64,000 nt of DNA, taken from the NCBI GenBank assembly GCA_038896535.1, contig JAWACY010000002.1:96001-160000 (forward strand), read 5' to 3'. A model generated the notes under the pieces. The model worked only from the letters and a program-made list of their open reading frames with translations, was not told the origin of the DNA and made no database searches. The stretch is from Candidatus Anstonellales archaeon (GTDB lineage Archaea; Micrarchaeota; Micrarchaeia; Anstonellales; J096). Below are positions 1 through 10,028 of this stretch, piece by piece. Each line of letters starts with the position of its first letter. Position 1 is the stretch's first letter. The position numbers and the translations under genes were made by a program.

Positions 1-533
1 TCCCTTTCAATTGCTTTTATGTAAAATTCAGGCCTTTCTTCAGCAAGCAATTTGGCAAATGAAAAAACAGCTTCAAATGCTGTATCAAAGTCATCTGATT
101 TTATAGAATTATATAGCAAAGGCAATATTTCATTTAACCTCCTTATTTTTTTCCCGCTTGTTAAAATATTTTGCAATGCAATAATGCAGGCCATTCTATT
201 AATATCAAATTCCTTTATTATAATTTCCTCTAATTTATTCTGGTTATTCTGTAATAAATAAGGAGTAATGATAATTAATGCTTCTCCTCTTTTGTTTTCC
301 TCAATACTAAAAAAGTGCTCAGCGACTTCAAGTGCTTCTTCTATTATTTTATTTCCTTTAACAATTCTTAAAATGTTCGGATTTGTTAAAGAATAAGCCC
401 AAAAATCCCTTATTAATTCAAGTAATGTTCTCTCTTTAATGTCCTTTCTTTGTAATGACCCATAAGTAGCTCTATTTATTAACCTACTCCTCATACCATA
501 ATTACCTAATTTATCTAATACAATTTCCCTCAT
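1..533 (-). CDS. Hypothetical helical protein, 3'-truncated by the window edge
   Basis: Read manually: ATG at 533 preceded by GGGGG, open frame to the window start (MREIVLDKLGNYGMRSRLINRATYG...FYIKAIEKG). Absent from the ORF track. Confidence 0.7.
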   Translation of the reverse strand, partial: MREIVLDKLGNYGMRSRLINRATYGSLQRKDIKERTLLELIRDFWAYSLTNPNILRIVKGNKIIEEALEVAEHFFSIEENKRGEALIIITPYLLQNNQNKLEEIIIKEFDINRMACIIALQNILTSGKKIRRLNEILPLLYNSIKSDDFDTAFEAVFSFAKLLAEERPEFYIKAIER

Positions 534-803
534 AAAAGCCCCCCTATTGTTTTTCTTATTTTTCTTATTTTTTCTTATGTTTTCCTTATTTTTGTTATGC
601 TTTTTATAAAAATATTTATTATAGGAAAGGTTTAAAAACACATATATTGAAAAATTAGGACTATAAAATCATATTAATCATAATTAGAAAAATAATTAGA
701 AAAAATAGAGGAGCAAGAGAAACAAAAAGCAATGAAATAGGGCAACATAAAAATAAGGCAATAAAAGCATTAATATTTTAAATAGTTGCTCTAATTTAAA
801 AAT

Positions 804-1613
804 ATGGTAAATTTTAATTTCACTGGCATTCCATTCAAACCATCTTATAAATCAATATTTTCCCATATATTTGTCCCATTGTTATTTGCAGTCTTATTTT
901 ACAGTTTCATTTTAATGCTCGAATCATTAATAGGGCTGTTTGCCAGCATAAATTTATCTTCAATTTTTGCTATTCCGCTTGTATTAATAATACTAATTTT
1001 TGCCTCATATTATGAAATAAAAAGGCACTACACAGTATATAAGATTGATAATAATGGCATAGAGATAATAACAGGCATAATAAATAAAAGAGAGGCAAAA
1101 GTACCATATAGAAATATACAAAACATCTTTGTAGAGAAGCATCTTGTTGATAGATTATTAAACATAGGAACTGTATATATAGAGACTGCAAGTGCAACAA
1201 AAGAAGAAAAAGACAGAATAGAGCTTTATGGGATTGAAGAACCAAATTTATTCTCTGATAAGATTAGCGAGAAGATAACGGCATTAAGCAAAGAAAAAAT
1301 AGAAAATAAGGAATATGAAAGGATAAAGGCTGAGATTGAGAACATTAAAAAAGACTTGGCTGCTGTTAAAGAGGCAATAGAAGGTTTTGGGCAGCATGTT
1401 GAAATGCATGAAAATGAAGTAAATTATATAAAATCAGAAATTGAAAAGCTTGATTCTCAAATTAAAATTATTGTAACAAGGCTGGATATAATAACTAATG
1501 AATACTACAGCCAAAAAAATGAAAAAACAGATTCAAAAATAGCTGGAGAAACAAAGATAAGGAAAATTAGAAAGAAGAGAAAACAAAACGAAGATGAAAC
1601 AGATGAAAAATAA
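804..1613 (+). CDS. Membrane protein with bacterial PH (bPH_2) domain and C-terminal coiled coil
   Basis: Two N-terminal TM segments, then YKIDNNGIEIITGIINKREAKVPYRNIQNI...RLLNIGTVYIETAS, typical of bPH_2. Confidence 0.8.
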   Translation: MVNFNFTGIPFKPSYKSIFSHIFVPLLFAVLFYSFILMLESLIGLFASINLSSIFAIPLVLIILIFASYYEIKRHYTVYKIDNNGIEIITGIINKREAKVPYRNIQNIFVEKHLVDRLLNIGTVYIETASATKEEKDRIELYGIEEPNLFSDKISEKITALSKEKIENKEYERIKAEIENIKKDLAAVKEAIEGFGQHVEMHENEVNYIKSEIEKLDSQIKIIVTRLDIITNEYYSQKNEKTDSKIAGETKIRKIRKKRKQNEDETDEK

Positions 1614-1651
1614 ATAAAAGTAAATTAATAATCTATTTATATTTCGCTTAT

Positions 1652-1735
1652 GCTGGGGTCGCCTAGCCCGGTATGGCGGCAGCCTGCTAAGCTGCTTCCC
1701 GAAAGGGTTCGCGGGTTCAAATCCCGCCCCCGGCG
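1652..1735 (+). tRNA. tRNA-Ser(GCT)
   Basis: GCTGGGG/CCCCGGC acceptor stem, GCAGC-CTGCTAA-GCTGC anticodon arm, long variable arm, GGTTCAAATCC T-arm, G73; CCA not encoded. Confidence 0.97.
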
Positions 1736-1918
1736 TTCTAAAAAAAGAGATAGAAAGAAGCAATAATAAAATTAAATGAAAAAATGAAAATATAATGATA
1801 TATGGAAGTAAAATAATAAAATAAAAAGATTAAATAAAAAAAATAAAAAATAATTTATTCTGAAGTGTTCTAAAACATTTTGCACATTTTGCAATTTCAA
1901 TTATTTCAATTCACTTTT

Positions 1919-2074
1919 TCATGCATTGCCCAATACTTTCCATACGGCTGTGTTGCAATTAGGACATTTTCCATTCAAGAACTTCTTTTTCCCTCTTTTA
2001 GTATCTTTAACTACTTCCTTTGCATCTCTCATTTCTACATTAGCCTTACACTTTACGCAATATCCTTTTGCCAT
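1919..2074 (-). CDS. Small Zn-ribbon protein, DUF5679/Cren7-like (51 aa)
   Basis: MAKGYCVKCKANVEMRDAKEVVKDTKRGKKKFLNGKCPNCNTAVWKVLGNA*, SD GGGTGG upstream; below the ORF-track cutoff. Confidence 0.85.
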   Translation of the reverse strand: MAKGYCVKCKANVEMRDAKEVVKDTKRGKKKFLNGKCPNCNTAVWKVLGNA

Positions 2075-2115
2075 TTTAACCACCCTTGTTTATATGGAAT
2101 TATATATTTATAAAC

Positions 2116-3009
2116 TTAACCAATGTCAGTATTTAATAAACCAGCATGCTTCAAAAATCTGTGTGCATTCATAAAAAATATATTGTACAACTCTGCTTTT
2201 GAAAAGTTTTTACGCATTTTAAGTTCAAGCTTTTTTAATTCATTTGCTTCTTTTATTGGCATTATTAAATCTTTCAATTTTATCCCATACATGTCAGAGC
2301 CAAGGGCAACAGCATTTTTACCAACATTATCAATCATTGCATCAATGCACTTTATAAAAGTATTCAAATCTTTAACCATATTCTTTGATATTGCAATTCC
2401 AACAATGCCTTTATTATCAGCAACTTTATTAGCGCATTCCATATCTATGTTTCTCTGCTTATCAAAAAATTCCTTTATCCCAGTATGTGATACAAAAACC
2501 CTTCCTTTATCTGCAATTTTTTCATTTAATATATCCATAATACTTTTCCTGCTTAAATGGGCCAAGTCAATTAAGCAATGTTTATCCATGATAATGCTTA
2601 CTGCCTTTGACCCAATTTCTGACAATCCATTATCTTTCTTATCACTGCATCCAGAAGAAAATGCATTGCCATAATTCCATGTAAATCCGTATGATGAAAT
2701 GCCCAAATCAGATAAAGCCTCTATTTCATCAAGCTCCAAGCCATAACAGCCTTCTAATGAGATAAGCATATTGAATTTTATTTTATTACGCATTTTCTTA
2801 TAAAACATAAGCTGCTTTATTATCTCTCTAAAAGCATTTAGCTCATAAACGCCTGCTTCAGTATAATTTAAAGGGAATATTGCTGCAATTATAACTGAAA
2901 ATTGGTTGTTCATATTCTTTATTATATTATCAGAAAAATCGTCATAACAAAGCATCCAAGGCTGTCTTGCCCTTATTATAAGGTCTTGATGCAGATCTAT
3001 GTATTTCAT
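2116..3009 (-). CDS. Membrane dipeptidase (peptidase M19) family
   Basis: IDLHQD, ISLEG, TWNYGN, IDLAH, VSHTG and LGSD motifs. Start placed at ATG 3009, ~25 nt downstream of a TATA-like box (track start 3048). Confidence 0.9.
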   Translation of the reverse strand: MKYIDLHQDLIIRARQPWMLCYDDFSDNIIKNMNNQFSVIIAAIFPLNYTEAGVYELNAFREIIKQLMFYKKMRNKIKFNMLISLEGCYGLELDEIEALSDLGISSYGFTWNYGNAFSSGCSDKKDNGLSEIGSKAVSIIMDKHCLIDLAHLSRKSIMDILNEKIADKGRVFVSHTGIKEFFDKQRNIDMECANKVADNKGIVGIAISKNMVKDLNTFIKCIDAMIDNVGKNAVALGSDMYGIKLKDLIMPIKEANELKKLELKMRKNFSKAELYNIFFMNAHRFLKHAGLLNTDIG

Positions 3010-3097
3010 AATTTTCTTTTGTATTATCATTTTAAATTTATTATACATTTACTCATCATTTCACTCAATACTTTTTTCATTATTTATTTTCATTGAT

Positions 3098-4392
3098 TTA
3101 CTTTGATCGCAATTTGCTTGTTAAATCAAAATTTAGCGTTATGCCCATTTCAAATAATGTTTTCCAGTCTTTATAAATAATAGGAAATCCATGCCATAAA
3201 GATAGGTCAATAACGTTCTTACTATCTATTGTCATATAAGCAGTGTATAGAGTTGATCCATATGTATTTAGAACAAGCTGTTCATATGCTGCTATGCCAA
3301 GAGCATCGCAAATTTTCTTATATACTGGATAAGCATAAAATGCCCAATCTTTGCCCCCCATATGTGGCATTGTTGGAGCAACACTATAAGCAAGAACAAA
3401 CCCAGGCACTGTTAAATGAAACACTCTTTTCTTTAATAGCTCAAATACTGCATATGGATGAATATTACTTATATCTTCATAAGTCAGCTTTTCCAGCTTT
3501 TTTTCTTCATTAAATTTCCTCAACGCTATTTTCTCTCCCATGGCTTTTAATACATCAACAAAATATATGCCGTGGCCTTCATAAAGTGCTTGCAAAGTAT
3601 CAACTATAACATCATAAACACTATTGAATGTGATAAACCTGCTTTTAATGTCCAGCAATGAAAATATTGTATTAAATGTCCTTACTACCGCTTCATTAGC
3701 TGGTAGCCCAACATTTTCTGCGAATATATCACGCAATATTAGAAGCCTTTCTATATAAGCATTTCTCTCCTGTTTGCTAAGTAAATTAAAAGCTTGCGTG
3801 CCTTTTATTCTATTAACTGCACTGTTTATGAATGAATTGCTTATAAATTCAATGAATAATGGAGAAAATGTTTGAAATACATATGGAACATTTTCCTCGT
3901 CTTTTTCGAATATTCTTGGAGATATTATATTGCTAGAAAATCTTAACACATGCGCTGAATCCGCCCTTGGCATTGCGAAATCTAGCACATGCAGACTGAA
4001 TAAAGGCCTCTTTCTCTAAGTGCATCAACTAAAAGCATTGAGAATATTTTATCTGCTGAAATATTTGGGGATGTATGCGAAAAGCTTGTAGTAAAATCTG
4101 GTTTTATTCCAGCAATTTTCTCAAACCCGGCTGTAAATGCTTCTCTTGCCTTAGGGAATAATGGCTTTATCTCTTTTGATTCTCTTATCTTTCTTTCGTT
4201 CTCTTCTATTAATGCATTTACTGATGGTCTGACAATGCCATATTTAAAATTCTGATTCAATAAAACAGAGCCAGCTAAATTATTAACTTCTAACCTCCCC
4301 GCCATATTAAAAGCTGCAGAAATTTCATTAAAACATTCATATTTTTTATTAACTTTAACATAACTAACACCAAAATGTTTTTGTTGCTCCAT
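3098..4392 (-). pseudogene. BshC-like / class I aaRS-related HUP-fold ligase split into two overlapping ORFs (3982-4392 and 3098-3988) by a single frameshift
   Basis: Joined product reads ...DKIFSMLLVDALRERG(L)FSLHVLD...PTMPHMGGKDWAFY..., resembling BshC (HKIISIIVL...PTLAFIAGPGEINYW). The break falls inside the predicted catalytic domain. Confidence 0.5.
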
Positions 4393-4444
4393 ATACAATG
4401 TTGTGTTTAGAAAGATTTTTAAATAATGGCCTATAATTTAATTA

Positions 4445-5119
4445 ATGCTCAATATTGCAAAAAAGGAGATAGAAAAAAATTTTCCATATTTCATACTCGG
4501 ATTCCAAGATGGGCTTGTTAATGTATTTGGTGTCATAATGGCAGTTGCTGTTGGCACTGGAAATGTTGCTGTAACAATTTTAGCTGGTCTCGCAGCAACA
4601 TTTGCTGAAAGCGTATCTATGGGCGCTGTTGCATATACAAGCACAAAAGCAGAGAGAGCATTAAATGAAAAGAAATTTGCTGAGCTTAATAAAAAAAGCA
4701 GAAATAGCTTGAAAATGCACATAAAGCATGTATTAAAAAGTCTCGATATGAAAGAAAGGGAAGCTAATGAAATAGCAAGCATAATGTCAAAAAATAAAAA
4801 GGCAAGCTTAAACTTCCTTATTAGCAATGAAATGAAGTTAAGCCCTGAGATGAAAAATCCTTTAAAATATGGCATAATTGTTTTACTCTCATCTTTTATT
4901 GGCTCTTTTGTGCCTTTAATAAGTTTCTTGTTTTTTCCTATAAAAATGGCTATAATTTATACTATATTATTTTGCGCCATATGCCTTTTCTTTGTCGGCG
5001 TTTATAAATCAAGGCTTTATAAGACAAACCCATTAAAAGAAGGCCTTGAATTATTAATTATAGGCATGACTTCTGCATTCATAGGATTTATAACTGGATA
5101 CATGTTTGGAGCAAAATGA
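4445..5119 (+). CDS. VIT1/CCC1 family Fe/Mn transporter
   Basis: ILGFQDGLV...AESVSMGA motifs, five TM segments. Confidence 0.92.
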   Translation: MLNIAKKEIEKNFPYFILGFQDGLVNVFGVIMAVAVGTGNVAVTILAGLAATFAESVSMGAVAYTSTKAERALNEKKFAELNKKSRNSLKMHIKHVLKSLDMKEREANEIASIMSKNKKASLNFLISNEMKLSPEMKNPLKYGIIVLLSSFIGSFVPLISFLFFPIKMAIIYTILFCAICLFFVGVYKSRLYKTNPLKEGLELLIIGMTSAFIGFITGYMFGAK

Positions 5120-5199
5120 TAAGGCTAAAAATAATAAAGAAATCAAAGTAAATAAACTAAAGAATAATGATTTAAAATATTGCCTTTATAAATTATAGA

Positions 5200-5730
5200 A
5201 TGCCAAGAAAAAAAACAAATGATAAAGAAAACAATGATAAGGAGATGAAAAAAGCAAAAGGTATTGATAAAAAAGAAGAAAGGCGGGATAAAGCACATAA
5301 AAACAAAGAGCAAGACTTTGAATACACAAGTTATGACAAGCTTATAGAGAGGGCTTACGAGCTATTGCCATCGAGTAAACAAAAGGCTGGGGAGAGGTTC
5401 CAAATGCCAGAAATGGACATAATAATTGAAGGAAATAAAACAATAATAAAAAATTTTCAGCAGATAGCAGAAAAAATAAGAAGGCAAAAGGGTGACATTG
5501 CTGCTTATTTAAAAAAAGAACTTGGGGCTCCAGTAAGGGTAGAGGAAGCAAGCTTGGTAATACAAAAGAAAATAAAGCCGGAATTTTTAAAAAGAAAAAT
5601 AGAGCTTTACATAGAGGATTTTGTCATTTGCCAAGAATGTAAAAGGCCAGATACGCATATTGCCTCAATACAGGGCATAAGATTTATAATATGTGAAGCT
5701 TGCGGAGCAAGAAGGGCGTTGAGAAAATGA
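5200..5730 (+). CDS. eif2b: Translation initiation factor aIF2 beta subunit
   Basis: YDKLIERAY, ERFQMP, GNKTIIKNF, CQECKRPDT...CEACGA zinc ribbon. Confidence 0.96.
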   Translation: MPRKKTNDKENNDKEMKKAKGIDKKEERRDKAHKNKEQDFEYTSYDKLIERAYELLPSSKQKAGERFQMPEMDIIIEGNKTIIKNFQQIAEKIRRQKGDIAAYLKKELGAPVRVEEASLVIQKKIKPEFLKRKIELYIEDFVICQECKRPDTHIASIQGIRFIICEACGARRALRK

Positions 5731-6032
5731 AGAAGGATGAAATTAAAAATGAGGAAATAACTCATGTTTTATTGCCAAAAGGTAATGAAGTATTTGGCTT
5801 AATACTTTCTGAGCTTGGCGGAGCAAGGTTTGTATGCCTATGCTCAGACAAAAAAGAAAGGATATGCAGAGTTCCTGGCAGGCTAAAAAGGGATGTATGG
5901 GTTAAAGAAGGCGATTATGTAATAATAAAACCTTGGGATGTTGAAGGAGATAAAAAAGGTGACATAATATATAGATACAGGCCTTTAGAAGTTGAATGGT
6001 TAAGAAAAAAGGGCCTTTTAAAAGAACTCTAA
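5727..6032 (+). CDS. eif1a: Translation initiation factor aIF1A
   Basis: LGGARF..C.DKKERICRVPGRLKRDVWVKEGDYV...KGDIIYRY; ATGA overlap with the aIF2beta stop. Confidence 0.96.
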   Translation: MKKDEIKNEEITHVLLPKGNEVFGLILSELGGARFVCLCSDKKERICRVPGRLKRDVWVKEGDYVIIKPWDVEGDKKGDIIYRYRPLEVEWLRKKGLLKEL

Positions 6033-6047
6033 TAATGGCTGTAAAAA

Positions 6048-6740
6048 ATGGCAGAAAGATGGAAGATAGAGGAACTAGTTTTTGATAAGAGGGCATTATT
6101 AACAATAGCAAGGATAATGAAAAAAAATATAATAGCAAACATAGACTTTCCCATCTCGACTGGAAAAGAAGCAATAGTATTTAGAGCAAAAACAAAAACC
6201 GGATTTGCTGCTTTGAAAATATATAAAATAGAAACAACTCATTTCATAAAAAGGACTGATTATTTATATGGTGATCCAAGATTTAAGCATGTTAAAAAAT
6301 CAATTGCTGATATTGTTTATGCATTCACAAAAAAAGAGTACAAAAACTTACTCATAGCAGAAAAAGCAAAAATAAATGCTCCAAAAGCATATTACCAAGA
6401 GAAGAATGTTATAGTCATGCAATTTTTAGGAATAGATGGACTGCCTTTCCCGAAGCTTGCAGAATTAAAAGAAGTTGAAAAAGATTATTTTTACTCAATT
6501 ATTGAAGATATAAGAAAGTTATACAAAGCAGGGCTAGTGCACAGCGATTTAAGTGAATTTAATATTCTTGCTGGTGATAAGCCATATATAATAGATTTTG
6601 CGCAGGGCGTTTTAACATCGCATCCTTATGCTGATGTATTTTTGAAAAAGGATATTGAAAATATCGTTACATTCTTCAATAAAAAAGCCAATATAAAAAT
6701 GGGTATAGAAGAGGCATTAAATTATGTTAAAAACAATTAG
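6048..6740 (+). CDS. rio1: RIO1 family Ser/Thr kinase
   Basis: ISTGKEA, LVHSDLSEFNIL, IIDFAQGV; conserved position after aIF1A. Confidence 0.95.
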   Translation: MAERWKIEELVFDKRALLTIARIMKKNIIANIDFPISTGKEAIVFRAKTKTGFAALKIYKIETTHFIKRTDYLYGDPRFKHVKKSIADIVYAFTKKEYKNLLIAEKAKINAPKAYYQEKNVIVMQFLGIDGLPFPKLAELKEVEKDYFYSIIEDIRKLYKAGLVHSDLSEFNILAGDKPYIIDFAQGVLTSHPYADVFLKKDIENIVTFFNKKANIKMGIEEALNYVKNN

Positions 6741-7572
6741 CGAATGGGCAAAGTTATTCAGAATAGAGCATGGCATAATGCTTAGCATATCTGCATATAT
6801 AGGATTAAAATTAGCTAAATATGTGAATGAATTAAACATCATATTTTACATGCTTGTGCCATTGCTAATACAGATGGGGGCTTTTGCATTAAACGACTAT
6901 TTTGATATAGAAGCAGATAAAAAAAATAAGAGATATGAAAGGCCATTAATAAAAGGCACAATAAAACCAATGCATGCTTATATTGCTGGCATCACATGCC
7001 TTTTTATTGGCATCATTACATCAATGCTTATAAATGAAAAAGCATTTTTATTTGTCATATTTCTGGCTGTGCTTTCATATCTTTATAATACAAAATTGAA
7101 AGACATTGCAATAGTTGGAAATATATACATTGCATTTACAATGGCTGCTCCTTTTTTATATGCCTCAATAGCAACGAACAGGTTTAACAATGCTCTTATG
7201 CTCATATCAATTTCTTCCTTTCTTATCGGGCTTGCAAGAGAAATAATAAAAACAGTGCAGGATTATGAAGGAGATGTAAAGGCAAGAAAAAGTAAAACAT
7301 TGCCCTTCTATATAGGAAAAAAGAACAGCATGAATTTAGCATCATTCATTTTGCTCCTATTCTTTATACCAGCTTTTATTCTCTTATATGAACTGCATAC
7401 AAATTATGATATAAAAATGCCTTTTATTTTTACTTCTCTTTATATAATATCAATAGCTATTGTTGCTTACTGCCTTGCATATGCAATAAAAGATATGCAT
7501 TATGAAATGATAAGAAAAATGACTTTATTTGCCATTGCACTTACTCTACTTTCACTAATATTGGGGTTGTAG
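6724..7572 (+). CDS. UbiA-family prenyltransferase, likely digeranylgeranylglyceryl phosphate synthase
   Basis: NDYFDIEADKKNKRYERPL and REIIKTVQDYEGD Asp-rich motifs, multiple TM segments. Confidence 0.88.
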   Translation: MLKTISEWAKLFRIEHGIMLSISAYIGLKLAKYVNELNIIFYMLVPLLIQMGAFALNDYFDIEADKKNKRYERPLIKGTIKPMHAYIAGITCLFIGIITSMLINEKAFLFVIFLAVLSYLYNTKLKDIAIVGNIYIAFTMAAPFLYASIATNRFNNALMLISISSFLIGLAREIIKTVQDYEGDVKARKSKTLPFYIGKKNSMNLASFILLLFFIPAFILLYELHTNYDIKMPFIFTSLYIISIAIVAYCLAYAIKDMHYEMIRKMTLFAIALTLLSLILGL

Positions 7573-7635
7573 GATAACCTGGTAGTCTGCTGCCTTCGGG
7601 AGGCAGAGGTCCCGGTTCAAATCCGGGCATCCCCA
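7563..7635 (+). tRNA. tRNA-Pro(CGG)
   Basis: GGGGTTG/CATCCCC acceptor stem with one U-U mismatch, CTGCC-TTCGGGA-GGCAG anticodon arm, CCGG-TTCAAAT-CCGG T-arm. Confidence 0.93.
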
Positions 7636-8150
7636 TTTTTAATGGCACCCCTATTTTTAATAAAAAACCTCGTAAACGGCTTAGCATAAAAAATGCCATT
7701 GCTAAACAATACGTCAGATATGTAAATATCAATGTTGTCATATTCAATAATAGCATTTTTCACTTCATATTTGCCTTTATCGCTACATAAATAAAGCTTA
7801 TTATCAGATATGCTTGATTTTGCATACACATTAAAATAGCCCCTACCATTTAACTCTTCAAGGCTTAAAAATTTCGAATGCTTTATTACTTCAATGACTG
7901 ATAATGGAGTTGTGTATATAGCATTATTTCTTATTTTTGCATTCATTATCTTTATTTCATCTCTTGCTTTTATATTTTTTATATGCATTGGCAAAGCATA
8001 AACAAATGCTTTATTGTTATTCTGCATAATACTGAATCCATGCCCATAAACATGTAAAACAACTGCATTTGATATTTTTACATGGTCAAGTTCTTTTACT
8101 TTATATATGTCATTTAATAAAAAATCAACAGCCATAAATAAATAACTCAT
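7617..8150 (-). CDS. Hypothetical protein, possibly OB-fold (RPA-like)
   Basis: 177-aa ORF; IKARDEIKIMNAKIRNNAIYTTPLSVIEV resembles OB-fold strands. Confidence 0.6.
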   Translation of the reverse strand: MSYLFMAVDFLLNDIYKVKELDHVKISNAVVLHVYGHGFSIMQNNNKAFVYALPMHIKNIKARDEIKIMNAKIRNNAIYTTPLSVIEVIKHSKFLSLEELNGRGYFNVYAKSSISDNKLYLCSDKGKYEVKNAIIEYDNIDIYISDVLFSNGIFYAKPFTRFFIKNRGAIKNGDARI

Positions 8151-8180
8151 GCTTTTTTAAACTTTATTACAAAAAGTTTT

Positions 8181-8873
8181 ATGGCATTTTTTAAAGATAG
8201 AACTTATTCCTTATCTCCTTCTTCCTTAGCTTTATTCAAAGAATGCAAAAGATGCTTCTGGCTTCATATAAATAAAAGGTTTAAAAGGCCTACATCTGCA
8301 TTTCCTTCATTGCCATCTGGTATAGATAAACTTATAAAAGAGCACTTTAACTATCATTTAGAAAGCGGCACAAGGCCAAAGGAACTTTCATTCTTATCAG
8401 AAAAGATAAATCTCTTTTCAAATAAAGAAATACTTAAAAAATGGATGGCAAATATTGAATGGCAAGACGAAGAAGGAAATAAGTTAAATGGTAAAATAGA
8501 CTATCTTTTAGAAGATGAGGAAAAAAGGGCTATAATAATAGATTTTAAAACAAAGGGCAGTTATGTGAATGAAAACGATGTTAAGAATATAGAAATTTTT
8601 TACAAACCGCAGCTAGAGATTTATGCATATTTAGTAATGAAAAACGGCTTTTATGTGAATAACTATGGCTATTTGCTCTATTTCTACCCTAAAAGCATAA
8701 ATGAAGACGGAAGCTTCGTATTTGGCATTGAAGGAAAAAAAGTTATGCTTGATATTATGCAAGCAGAAGCATTATTTAAAGATGCAATAGAAACATTAAG
8801 GGGCCCATTGCCAGAAAGCAGCAAAACATGCGATTTCTGTTCCTGGGCTGATAAAAGAGCATATTTTATATAA
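8181..8873 (+). CDS. Solo PD-(D/E)XK nuclease (AddB/Cas4-like)
   Basis: LSPSSL..FKECKRCFW, GKIDYL, IIDFKT, QLEIYA, CDFC. Confidence 0.9.
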   Translation: MAFFKDRTYSLSPSSLALFKECKRCFWLHINKRFKRPTSAFPSLPSGIDKLIKEHFNYHLESGTRPKELSFLSEKINLFSNKEILKKWMANIEWQDEEGNKLNGKIDYLLEDEEKRAIIIDFKTKGSYVNENDVKNIEIFYKPQLEIYAYLVMKNGFYVNNYGYLLYFYPKSINEDGSFVFGIEGKKVMLDIMQAEALFKDAIETLRGPLPESSKTCDFCSWADKRAYFI

Positions 8874-8918
8874 AGTACATTTTATACTTTTCTTAATAGC
8901 CAACTTTGTTCAAATAAT

Positions 8919-9497
8919 TTAAACTAATCTTTTGTAAGCTGTCAGGCCATAATGCCCTTTGAAAAACTTATAATTTGCATTATACAAAGCTCTTTCTAGT
9001 TTCGTGCCTCTTTTTTCAATTACATAATTTAGCTCGTCTTCTTTTGGATTTTCCCCGCATACACAAACAACGTAGTTTAATTTTTTCTCTTTTGCTCTTT
9101 GCTCTGTAAGCTCTATAAGCTTTTCTCTTATGCCATGTCCCTCAAATGCTATTAATATTGCTATATCCTGTAAGTATAGAGTGTTTGCTTCATTACAGCT
9201 ATATAGGGATTTTGTCAGCTCGTTAAAGCATAAAGGCCATGATAATGATAAACCAACTAAAAGTCTATCGACATATGCTCCATAACTCGTTTTATATCTT
9301 ATAATTTCTTCCAGCTCTTTTATTTCTTTTTCCCCTATTTCAAAAGCAGTCCTTCTCAGAACTGATACAACATCATCTATATCTTCTTTTTCCAATAGCT
9401 TAAATTCCGTCTGCTCACTATCAACTGCAAAACTCTTAATACGCCTTCTTTCTAATGCTATTGGCTCTTCTATCTTCTTTTCTTTTGTTTTTTCCAC
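8919..9497 (-). CDS. GNAT-family acetyltransferase
   Basis: LYLQDIAILIAFEGHGIREKLI (motif A-like). Confidence 0.75.
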   Translation of the reverse strand: MEKTKEKKIEEPIALERRRIKSFAVDSEQTEFKLLEKEDIDDVVSVLRRTAFEIGEKEIKELEEIIRYKTSYGAYVDRLLVGLSLSWPLCFNELTKSLYSCNEANTLYLQDIAILIAFEGHGIREKLIELTEQRAKEKKLNYVVCVCGENPKEDELNYVIEKRGTKLERALYNANYKFFKGHYGLTAYKRLV

Positions 9498-9611
9498 ATT
9501 TTATATAATTGCATAAGTTTTTAAAGCCTTTATACAAATATTTTTTTAGTGATGACATGAACAACCTCTGAACATATGATGAAGCTGACAGCGTCTGAAT
9601 TTGGTGGTAAT

Positions 9612-10028
9612 ATGTTTTTTGATCCTTTTGAATACATTGAAAGAATGAGAAAGCATTTTGATAAGCTATTTAAAAATAAGGAAGTTGGTATATTTACTAT
9701 TGCTCCTGTCAATGCATATAAAGATGGTAGCAATGTTGTTTATGAATTTCATATGCCTGGGTTTAGAAAAGATGAAATAAAAATAAGTTTATATGATGGC
9801 ATAATACATGTAAAAGCAGAAAAGAAAAGTGATATAAAAAAGCATGGCAAGGAAAAGAGTAAAGAATATTTCTATGAGGAAAGGGCCATAACAAAAATGG
9901 AAAGAAAACTGCCTATTCCTGATGGGGCAATATTAGAAAAAATAAGTGCAGAATATAAAGATGGCATATTAAAACTTGTTGTGCCAATTAAAACAAGCAA
10001 GAATAAAAAAGACATAAGCATAAAATAA
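9612..10028 (+). CDS. Small heat-shock protein (Hsp20)
   Basis: HMPGFRKDEIKI...SAEYKDGILKLVVP and C-terminal IxI; SD GGTGGT before ATG 9612. Confidence 0.93.
   Translation: MFFDPFEYIERMRKHFDKLFKNKEVGIFTIAPVNAYKDGSNVVYEFHMPGFRKDEIKISLYDGIIHVKAEKKSDIKKHGKEKSKEYFYEERAITKMERKLPIPDGAILEKISAEYKDGILKLVVPIKTSKNKKDISIK

Noticed and set aside
3985..4015. Programmed -1 frameshift in the BshC-like gene
   Set aside because: No X_XXY_YYZ slippery heptamer in the correct frame and no obvious stimulatory structure; a simple indel is more likely.
8181..8873. Cas4-like nuclease as evidence of CRISPR-Cas
   Set aside because: No repeat-spacer array or other cas genes in the window; solo PD-(D/E)XK nucleases are common.
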